From contig JAPEUD010000068.1 of assembly GCA_026026165.1 (NCBI GenBank), forward strand, positions 114,828 to 134,827: a stretch of DNA of 20,000 nt, read 5' to 3'. This document shows, piece after piece, positions 1 through 8,520 of this stretch (its first letter is position 1; the number at the start of each line of letters is the position of its first letter). The notes under the pieces are model-generated. The model had not been told where the DNA came from. It searched no databases and worked only from the letters and a program-made list of their open reading frames with translations. The stretch comes from Sarea resinae (taxonomy: Eukaryota). The translations under genes and the position numbers were made by a program.

Positions 1-1040
1 CCTTTAGGGCCGCCGACGATCATGGACTCTTGCCACCTCAAACAGAATATCAATCCAACCCTACAAAGCCGAAATTAGAAGCAGAGCAAGAGGATCCCTG
101 GGCAGCTCTGGGCCAACTAGAAAGCAAACCTAACCAAATTGACTCGAATGAATCAGCATCACCAATTGATCTAAGCACACCCGTCTCTTCGCCTAAAGAG
201 AAGCGGAAAGCTTTGTCCCTTGATGTCAAGTCCATCACTACCACGACAAAGCCCCACGACGACAATGACGCGGACGACGACGAATGGGGCGATATGGTCG
301 AGTCACCCGCTGTCTCCACGCCACCAACCTTCCCCATATCCTCCTCATCCCACGGAACCAGCAGCAGTCTTCCGCCGGCGTCCCCTCATCAATCGCCGGC
401 TCTGGCTTCTTCTCCGGCTTCATCGCAAATCTCAACCCCACGCCTCAGCTTCGATTCGATCCTTGTGCCCGCTAAACCAGCGGCCAGAAATGGCCCACCA
501 CCACGAGGTCATTCCCGCAATTTTTCGTGTCAGCCTTCTTTCCCCTCTGCAAGCCCTCTCGGCATGTCCAAGCATCCCCTGGCCAGAGCTACTAGCGTGG
601 TCAGGAGTTCCAGCCCCTTGGCCATGGCCGAGCCGCTCTCTGCCACTGCTACGACTGCTACCACACCTATTGCTACCACTTCCCAACGCAGCTCGTCCAA
701 CCCTACTTTCTTGCCACAGGCCTCAGTATCAAAACGCCGCCCCATCAGCCTCATCTCGCCACCTGGTGCTTGGGATGAGGCCAATTCGTTCTTCGACAGT
801 CTTTCCACCCGTTCGGCGCATACGTCTGGACCGAAGCCTCCACCTGAACCCGTGTTTCCCGTCACTGCTCCTGCTGTCGTGCCTGCCAAGCCATTCGCAC
901 GTAAGATGTCTCCACCCCTACCAACCCCTCCAAAACAGGTCTCATTATCACCGGTGTCTGTGAGTGGCTACAACGACGACGATATTGTCAAAAGAATTGT
1001 CACAGGGCTGCCTGATCTCAGATATATGCTTCGTCGGTAG
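1..1040 (+). CDS. 3' part of a hypothetical Ser/Pro/Thr-rich, probably disordered fungal protein (5' end outside the window)
   Basis: Frame is open from base 3 (FRAADDHGLLPPQ...) to TAG at 1038-1040. The body is low-complexity with acidic-Trp motifs (EDPWAAL, DDDEWGDM) and a compact C-terminus (DDIVKRIVTGLPDLRYMLRR). A pyrimidine-rich, UTR-like tract follows. No function recognised. Confidence 0.7.
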   Translation, partial: FRAADDHGLLPPQTEYQSNPTKPKLEAEQEDPWAALGQLESKPNQIDSNESASPIDLSTPVSSPKEKRKALSLDVKSITTTTKPHDDNDADDDEWGDMVESPAVSTPPTFPISSSSHGTSSSLPPASPHQSPALASSPASSQISTPRLSFDSILVPAKPAARNGPPPRGHSRNFSCQPSFPSASPLGMSKHPLARATSVVRSSSPLAMAEPLSATATTATTPIATTSQRSSSNPTFLPQASVSKRRPISLISPPGAWDEANSFFDSLSTRSAHTSGPKPPPEPVFPVTAPAVVPAKPFARKMSPPLPTPPKQVSLSPVSVSGYNDDDIVKRIVTGLPDLRYMLRR

Positions 1041-1330
1041 CATGAATTGGGTCATCTCGCCGCTGAAACTCTCTGTCTTTACTCTGTTTTCAAATGTGTA
1101 TATAAGCATGATACCTACCCTTCCTCTCTCCCTTCCTCCCTACCTACCTACCTTCATACCTTCGTACCTACCTAGCCTTATAAGTTCGTTCCATTCAACG
1201 TACCTACTATTTATCTTCTCCGTAATGTATTCTTTGTGTCTCCCTCCTATTCTTGTTTCTTGCTCGCCCAGTCAACGAGCGCTTGATCAGGCGACGTGAC
1301 TGAGACCGAGGGTTTCTAGTATCTGAATTC

Positions 1331-1502
1331 TGTTGTTGTTGTTGTTGTTCGTTGAGCATGGAGAGCGAGGCATGGCATGGCATGGATATGATGGCGTTTT
1401 GTTCCACTGCCCCCATAGGGCCGTGGGTTGGTTGCTGTTTGTCTCTAGCTAGGTAATTATCTGCGCAGTGGAGATGACGCATGCATGCATGCATGCATGT
1501 CA
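1331..1502. repeat. Microsatellite cluster: (TGT)n, (GGCAT)3, (ATGC)5
   Basis: (TGT)6 at 1331-1348, GGCATGGCATGGCATGG at 1369-1385, and GCATGCATGCATGCATGCATG at 1479-1499. Confidence 0.85.
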
Positions 1503-2350
1503 CGGCGTACCGTATCTTCGAGAGTCTTGAGTCTTTGGGTCAGATGTGTTGTGATTACACTCTGATATACATATGTTGGGAATAGCAAATATCAGCATTT
1601 TCATATACGAATATGCTCCTTCGTGGTGCCATTGTATCAAGTCGTAAATCCAGAGGGCTCTGAAGTGGACCGCTAGAATGGCACTCTAGAGCAGCGCGGG
1701 AAGAGTGTCGCTGCTGGTAAGATATGTAGATGAGGTCAGGTAAAACATGTTTAAGATCTGTGCCATTTATAACATTTTGTTAGTAAGAGATTGCTAGATG
1801 TGGAGTGTGAGATGTATAGATACTTTTTCTCAATTCCTGCTGTATTTGCTGAACCTTAGTTGCTCTTATTGATTACCCTAGGCAGTGTTCTTTGCATAGA
1901 TCTAGTAGGAGTTTAATCTAAGAGACTACTTCATATCTTAATATTTTATATGATAGAAGTTAGGAATAACCTTAGTCAGTACAATATAAAACAGGACTCG
2001 TAATATTGCTTTCCTGTTATATTCATAGGCTGTAATGAGAGAAAATAGATAGAGTGTAAGGAGAAAAGTAAATAATAGGATAGTAGACCCACTAGAAAGC
2101 TATCGATACCGACCATCATCGTCAAACAACTTGATCCAGACTCCCTCTAAGCGACCCAACACCACCTATCCATCATCCATCATCACCTCAATCAAGGCAA
2201 GCAAGACAAGCAAGCAACGCCATAGAAGTCAACAGCCCACCAACAAGCCGAGACCTCTCCCTCACCACATCCCCATCCCCATCACCATCGCGCTTCCAAC
2301 AGCGCCTCCAACGAACCAGGCCCAAGGCCCCGCAAAGCAAGCAAGCAAGC

Positions 2351-3475
2351 ATGTCCTCTCCGCCCAACATGGCCACCTCTCCCCCCTCATACTCCACACA
2401 CGCCCCGACCAGCCTCCCGACGAACCCTAAAAAGCGCCCGTCCCTCAGCACCGCGCCGTCCGGCACCACGAAGCGGCGCAAGGCCTCGGCCGCCACGAGC
2501 ATCGGCTCCGCGCACCCGCTGCGGCAGACGTCGTTCCCGCCCGAAGAATCCCTCCGCAGCGGCGCGGGGGCATTGACGCGCTCGCCTAGCGTCGAGAGCT
2601 CGGTGGCCGGTAGCATCGGCGGTGTGCGAGAGGCGGATGCGGAGAGAGGGAAAGGAAAGAAGAGGCGCAGGAGCGGCGGCCGCTCGACGGCTGATACGCG
2701 GAGTGTCAAGAGCGGGCGGACCGGCGCGGCGAGCGTGAAGAGCGCGGGAGGTGCTAGTGGCGGCAAGGGCGAGACGGGCACGACTGGTGGGGCGGGCGGC
2801 GAGGACGACGGCGAGGACGACGAGGAGGATGGAGGGGGCGTCGATGCTGTCTTGGAGGGGGGCGGGGAGAAGGTCGATGAGGCCTATGAGAAATACAAGC
2901 TCTCGTATGCTATACTTTTCTCTCATCTCTGGACCCTCACTCTGTTCGGGGCGATTGTCCCGCTATTTGCCTATTTTTCTATTCTCTATGAGAGCTAATC
3001 GGTTCGACTATGCAGCGTCCTCATGGAGGCAATGAACGATGATCAAGTGGACCGCTATACGCTCTTCCGCCGCGCCCGTCTTCGCAAAGAAACCGTGCGG
3101 AAGATCGCCAACCAGACGCTCTCCCAGTCCGTCCCGCCGTCCGTCATAACGACCATCAACGGCTACACCAAAGTCTTCATCGGCGAGCTGATCGAAAAGG
3201 CCAGAGAGGTGCAGACGCAGTGTCTGCTCGCCGAGGCGCAGGCCAAAGATGATGATCGTACTCCGCCCACCACCCAGAGCAGTGCCAAAGATCCCACGGA
3301 GAATAATCCTTTACATCCCCTCAATCGCGGACCGCTCCTCCCAGACCACCTGCGCGAAGCCCTCAGGCGCTACAAGAAAGAAGGGGAAGGTGGCGGGGCC
3401 GGCTTCCGCGGGCTGAGTCTTGGAGGGGTGGAGGAGACGGCTTCTAGGAATCGGGGAAGGAGATTATTCAAGTAG
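2351..3475 (+). CDS. TAF11: TFIID subunit 11 (TAFII28 histone-fold); exons 2351-2904 and 3016-3475, 337 aa
   Basis: Intron 2905-3015 (GTATGC...GCTAAT...CAG) joins the frames as YKLS/VLMEAMNDDQVDRYTLFRRARLRKETVRKIANQTLSQSVPPSVITTINGYTKVFIGELIEKAREVQ...GPLLPDHLREALRRY, which is the TAF11 histone fold. The N-terminus carries HPLRQTSFP as in fungal TAF11. Confidence 0.93.
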
Positions 3476-3661
3476 ATATCCGTTGAGATGTCGACTATTT
3501 TAAGTCGGAAGCACGATGGGGTTTTGGGAGCATGGAGTTCGGGAATTGGAGGGACTTGGGGAATCGACATGGGTTGATGCCCTAGCATTGGTAATAATTC
3601 ATCATACGATCAAGGGAAAGCTGAAATGAAAATGCACGAATTCAAACCATAACAACGCAGC

Positions 3662-4369
3662 TCAGTCTGTGAGCTCAATGTGAAAATCGGTAAAGTCAAC
3701 ATGCAGAGACTGATTGGGGTCGCCCTCCTCCCGTGTCGGCTTCGCCGCGTACGCGCCAATCCAGTATTCTTTAGACGCGGAATTCTCAAACGCCCACGTC
3801 ACCTCTCTGATGGGAAACCGGTCCTCCCCATCCACGATGTAGACGGTCAGCACGGTCCCAGGGGTTCCTCGAGCGGTCATCTCTCGTTCGAACTCGATCG
3901 TGACCGTATTCGGGTCCTTGAACGTCGTGGGGATCAAGCCCCAATCGGCCCAGCGGTCGGCAGCGACGACGCTGACCTGAGGTTTACCCTTGTAGAACTC
4001 GATGCCGGCCTTGACCCACTTCTTGATGCCCTCGGCCTGCGAGTTGACCAGGATCAGGCCGCCCTGGTCGTAGAGCGTCTTCCAGTCGGCGGCGACGGTG
4101 AGGCGGGCCTTGCGGAAGCGCGACGGGTGGAAGGAGCGATACACAATGGGCGCCGTGAAGTCGCTGACGTCGGGCGGCTTGCGCCAGATGTCGGTCGCGG
4201 GCGGCGCGACGATCTGGAAGCGCTCGAGCGACAGGATCGACGGCCGGCGGCCCTTGAAGTTGTACGAGTTCAGATCCGGACCCCGCTCCGGCGAGCTGGC
4301 CCAGCGGATGTTGCCCCATCGCGGGGACTTGGGGGATTTGGGCGACGTCGGCGAAGAGAGAGCGGACAT
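3662..4369 (-). CDS. DUF1349 family protein (yeast Ree1-like, concanavalin-type fold), about 235 aa
   Basis: Single exon with ATG at 4369 (MSALSSPTSPK). Motifs PPATDIWRKP, WKTLYDQGGL, KWVKAGIEF, VSVVAADRWADW, IREVTWAF and IGAYAAKP match fungal DUF1349 proteins. Strong GC3 bias. Confidence 0.85.
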   Translation of the reverse strand: MSALSSPTSPKSPKSPRWGNIRWASSPERGPDLNSYNFKGRRPSILSLERFQIVAPPATDIWRKPPDVSDFTAPIVYRSFHPSRFRKARLTVAADWKTLYDQGGLILVNSQAEGIKKWVKAGIEFYKGKPQVSVVAADRWADWGLIPTTFKDPNTVTIEFEREMTARGTPGTVLTVYIVDGEDRFPIREVTWAFENSASKEYWIGAYAAKPTREEGDPNQSLHVDFTDFHIELTD

Positions 4370-5059
4370 CGCGAGAGCTGGACGGCAGCGAGACGGGACG
4401 ACACGAGACGTATCCCGGAGTGGGATGACTTGGTTGGATGGTATGTACTTTGTGAACACTTCAGGTACGAATGCCCGTACGGTAATTCGTTAATTGAGTG
4501 ATTCTTGATCCTATACTTTCTTGGAAGGATGTAGAGTTGAACGAGGCTGCGTTTCTCATTGAGAATAATGGGACGGCTCTGCCCCTCTCGTCCAGGGCGG
4601 GGGCGGGTTCACGGGCTCGTGGTACGAATACGTACGAATACGTTCGAGGTCAACCTGGAAGGTAGCATTCATCCATCTGCTGGCTCATCGTAAGTGCAGC
4701 CAATAGCCACCTTTCCAGCTCAGCCATCTTGCATGGTTGGCCGGCTACGTCCATGGATCTTGCGCTAAAAAAGAATGCCATCTGTTGCCGTCCTGTCTGG
4801 TCATCTCGAGGAGCACTGAGAAGCGTTCGGTGGCAGTGGGAGGGAACATGGGATTCGGCATGGAAAGAGCTGGAGCATGGCATGGACCCGGATGGGAGAG
4901 GGCAGATGGCACGAGCATCAGGAAATAGCGCCATGTCTACGGTATTCGGATGCTGGCAAGGGCCAGGCTACGATGATCCATCCGTTCCCAGTCGTGATGA
5001 GAGCTCAAGGCAATCAATCATCCCTCAGTGGCCGTCTGATCTTGGGCTTTTGCATTGTC

Positions 5060-5710
5060 GATGCCAAGGGGGCAAGTTTGGGGCTTTCATCGTCGGACGT
5101 CTCAGGGGGTCCTGCGTTCCGATGTTCGATGATACATGGCCGGTTTTGGACATTTATCGTCGAACGTCTCACTTGATTCTGCCATGCGATCCATGGATGT
5201 TCGACGAGAAACGTGGACCTACCTTGATGATTGATGGATACGATATTCTGACCAATGGGCGAGTGTTCAGCAACTATCGTTGAACGTCTCTGCAAACAGA
5301 GAGTCTTTTTCCAATCTAATATCTATCCTATGATAGTCCCAGCCGATAGCATTGGATGTTTCGGACATTGATCGTCGAACGTCTCACTTGATACTGCCTT
5401 CCGATGTTCGACGATAAATGCTGACTTGACCATGAATTGTGGATACGATGTTCTGGCCAATGGCAAGTTTTCAGCAATTATCGTCGAACGTCTCTGCAAA
5501 CGCAGGGCCTTTCTCGTGTCTGATATCCGATGAGAATCTACCTACCTAGTAGTCCCAGCCAATAGCAAGTTTAAGACAACTATCGTCGAACGTCTCTTCA
5601 GAGGCCACGCGTTTTGGCTCTCTGGTGTCCGACGAAAATCGCTGAACGTGACCCGATGGATCCGGCCAATGGCGAGTTTTGGACTTTTATCGTCGAACGT
5701 CTCTGAAATA
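5060..5710 (+). repeat. Degenerate tandem array of seven ~100-bp units with conserved core ATCGTCGAACGTCTC and downstream inverted partner
   Basis: Cores start at 5089 (A>G variant), 5156, 5276 (C>T variant), 5371, 5480, 5582 and 5689, giving spacings of 67, 120, 95, 109, 102 and 107 bp. Inverted partners (GATGTTCGACGA-like) start at 5121, 5196, 5403, 5522 and 5624. Confidence 0.92.
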
Positions 5711-6007
5711 GCAGGCTCACTTCTTTGCCCGTGGGTGGTGGTAGAAGTGAGGTGACCCAAGGGCGCCCACTTTCGAGCATCCCTCCTTTGTATTTGCAAC
5801 GACGAATGCCCCAGCCGTGAACGGTATACCTGAGGTAGCTTATTTGGCTCCTGGATTGGCTGTTCCGTTGGACGGCTCAATTTCGACCAGCGCGATGACC
5901 TTGTGTCTTTCCAAGATCCCAGTCCAGAGCTGGAGCGTTTTGAATTTATGACCTTCATGGTTGAACCCCTCTTTGCTTACGGCGCTGGCCCGTCCAGGTG
6001 ATCTTCT

Positions 6008-6037
6008 CAGTGTTTAGCATTTATCGTCGGACGTCTC
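6008..6037 (+). repeat. Solo copy of the array motif
   Basis: CAGTGTTTAGCATTT-ATCGTCGGACGTCTC, core at 6023-6037, about 150 bp past the racemase stop codon. Confidence 0.85.
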
Positions 6038-6188
6038 TTTTCCTCGCGCTCTCCGTTTCAATCATAGCCACCTCGGAAGCATCCAAATGTGACATTGGAA
6101 GTCTCCCACGACATTGCATCGATCCTGCACGAAATTCGTCCCACTTGCATGCGGCAGATGTGGGGTATCGGATTCTCGATACAGCGGT

Positions 6189-7717
6189 TCACAGCTTCGA
6201 TCCCCGTACCCTCGTTCTATTCCTCAAAACAAACCCGCCTGGACCGTCATCATCATACTGTGTCCCCTTCACCCATCCAACCCAGTCCCTCAATCTCTCG
6301 TCTCCTCCCTCACCAACGCCTAACGGCCTTGGTCCTAGCTTTCCTTCGCCACTCGAATCCACCATGCCTTCATCCCTGCTTCCTACCCGTACAGGCAGAT
6401 TTCCATATTCGACCTCCTCGGGCGCAAGCACAGGCGTGACACAAGCGTCCGTACCCCGAAAGATGTCTTCCCATTCCCTACGCGTCTTCTCTAAGAATTG
6501 GGCTGTGAAGAGGGTGCGCAACTCGGGCCAGGTTTCTCTGTTGTTTCTCTCCGAGAGTAGGGACGATGGGAGAGAGAGGCCCTTGAGAAGGGCCAGAAAG
6601 AAGGGTGGCTCGAGTGCACCTCTTTGGTTCGCACCATTCGTGTTAGCTGGGGGTTGGCCTTCTAAGCTTGCTTTGATGGTCAAGTAGGGGGAAGATGGAG
6701 ATGAATCGTGCAGATTTTAACTCCACAAAAAATGACAGCTGGGCGCTTACACGGCCACATAACCCCCCTCCTTCGTCTCGTAAGTATCATACCAAGGGCA
6801 ACCACCATCGAACATATTCTCCCCTCTCTTCCGGTTCCACAGTTCAGTAGATCGAACCAAGAGCGGCATACTAGCCAGATACGCCGACCCGTCCACCATG
6901 TTTGCCTGCACAATTTGCCCGAGTCCCCCTTTCTCTCCGGCCTTGGTCTTACCTTGCCACAAGCCGAAATTCGAGTGTTGCTGAGGGCCCCTGTCGGAGC
7001 TCTCGTCGAGAGGGCTAGCATTGTCGCCGCGTTCTCGTGCTAGCAGCGCCATCAGGATCCCGGTCACCAACATCATGCCGCCGCCGCCAAAGTCAGCGAC
7101 CAGGTTTCCAGGGGCGTACGGCTTTTCGCCGGCGCGGCCGGAAAGGCTGAGGACGCCGGAGAGGGCTAGGTAGTTGATGTCGTGGCCTGCCACGGAGCTG
7201 TAGGCGTCTTGGTCTGATGCATGTGATGCTGCAGGTGTCATCTGGCGACGCTGAGTTTGTCGTGGTGGCCGAAACCCCGTCAGCCTCCCGACAACAAGCC
7301 TGGGATTTAATGGCTGCAGCACAGTCGCAGGACAAAGACCTAGTTTCTCAAGGACGCCCGGGCGAAAAGGATCGAGAAGGACGTCGACATGGGGAATCAA
7401 GGATTTGAGAAAGGAAATCCCAGATGGTGATTTGAGGTCTATGGGAATGGATGCTTTATGCCGGGTCAGGAGGTCTTGCGCAGGGGGTGGAGGGCGACTA
7501 GGAGTTGTGGAGTTGGGTCGGTCGATGCGGAGGACGCTGGCGCCGTAGTCGGCGAGGAGGAGGCCTGCAAATGGCACTACGATGGAAGTCAGAGAACAAG
7601 AAATGATATACTCCGGAGTAGAAAGATTGGGACAAAAGCGGGAAAGGGCCACTTACCTGGTGCCAGGCCTGCCAGCTCTAGCACTCGTATGCCGCGAAGC
7701 GGGGGCGAAGAGGTCAT
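6189..7717 (-). CDS. CoA-transferase family III (CaiB/BaiF), alpha-methylacyl-CoA racemase / CefD2-like, peroxisomal; exons 7717-7657, 7576-6751, 6621-6189, 439 aa
   Basis: N-terminus [40 protein letters not shown]. Motifs [26 protein letters not shown] (catalytic His), [10 protein letters not shown] (catalytic Asp) and [16 protein letters not shown]. Introns 7656-7577 (GTAAGT..CTGAC..TAG) and 6750-6622 (GTAAGC..GCTAAC..AAG). Ends in SKL (PTS1). Confidence 0.92.
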
Positions 7718-8038
7718 TCTAATGGAGTACTTTTGCACGAAGCTTGTCGAAACAGTCTCATGCTCAACGCTTCAAAGAAACATCCGGACTGCATTCTCAA
7801 GTCATGACTATCTGTTGTAAATAATCAAGCATCGAGCGAACGTGACCGTGGATAAAGAAGGACTTTACGGAGGAACGGCGTGCATTTGCCGATAGAGTAG
7901 GTAGGTAGATAAGACCGAGCGATTATGCGGGGTACTTTGGAGTAAAAACCAGGGTCCAACCTACCCCTGTAAAATCAAAACACCATGATTCCGACGCCAA
8001 ACCATATTCTTAGAGATCTCTTAACCAGATTCATCTAT

Positions 8039-8130
8039 ATGGTCGAATATTGCTGATCTCCTAGACAACGTATTTTGAATGTGTGTTTACTTGGGCTGAG
8101 ACGTTCGACGATGAATTGTCGAAAACTCGA
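8039..8130 (-). repeat. Inverted solo copy of the array unit
   Basis: GAGACGTTCGACGAT at 8098-8112 is the exact reverse complement of the core. The minus strand reads CGAGTTTTCGACAATTC-ATCGTCGAACGTCTC, matching the array's upstream flank. A possible partner arm AATATTCGACCAT lies at 8051-8039. Confidence 0.85.
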
Positions 8131-8520
8131 ACTGGGAAATGGTGGTGAATCGCACCTTCCCAACCAAAGGTTCACTGCCTGGTCTTCATAAGGTCGTCGT
8201 GTCCGTTCATTCGCAAGTCAAATAAAGTATACGAACAAGCATGGGGGCCATGTAGATGGTCTGAACTCAGTGGGTTTTGGTTTTCATATGAGAGATGCTC
8301 GATAAAGAGCTTAGTTGGAGCTTCGCATTTATTACTTATGTTACTTGATAGCTACTTAGTCTAGAATACTGTATTGTACTAAAAGAGCTCGATTACCCTG
8401 TCTACACAAGGTAGGTAGATGGCACTGCGCCTATGCCTAAGCCAGTATGCAAGAAGCTCTTTGCCCATCAAGCGAACCATGATGAAAAATAGTCTAAGAT
8501 GCCTCGACGAGACCCTCATC

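Noticed and set aside
3680..4501. 273-aa + strand ORF antisense to the DUF1349 gene, and similar shadow ORFs over TAF11, the racemase, RAD9 and UBC7
   Set aside because: Expected stop-poor antisense or alternate frames of GC3-rich genes, with no recognisable protein features.
5060..5710. Calling the array a CRISPR or TIGR-type guide array
   Set aside because: The context is eukaryotic, no cas or other effector gene is in the window, the invariant part is only 15 bp, spacing is irregular, and alternate intervening segments are homologous rather than unique.
4650..5958. ORFs over the array (4729-5283 +, 4877-5176 +, 5014-5295 -, 5542-5958 -)
   Set aside because: Recurrent peptides (IVERL, RRSTI, ETFDD) are simply translations of the core in different frames. 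There is no consistent frame, codon bias or recognisable domain.
7741..7760. Weak core-like words (TTGTCGAAACAGTCTCA here; TCGAGCCGTCTC near 19640)
   Set aside because: They need indels or several mismatches and lack the conserved upstream flank, so they are compatible with chance.
5089..8112. Repeated CGTCTC (BsmBI/Esp3I) sites as a sign of synthetic cloning
   Set aside because: The sites sit in naturally degenerate, indel-rich repeats in native gene context, with no vector or marker sequence.
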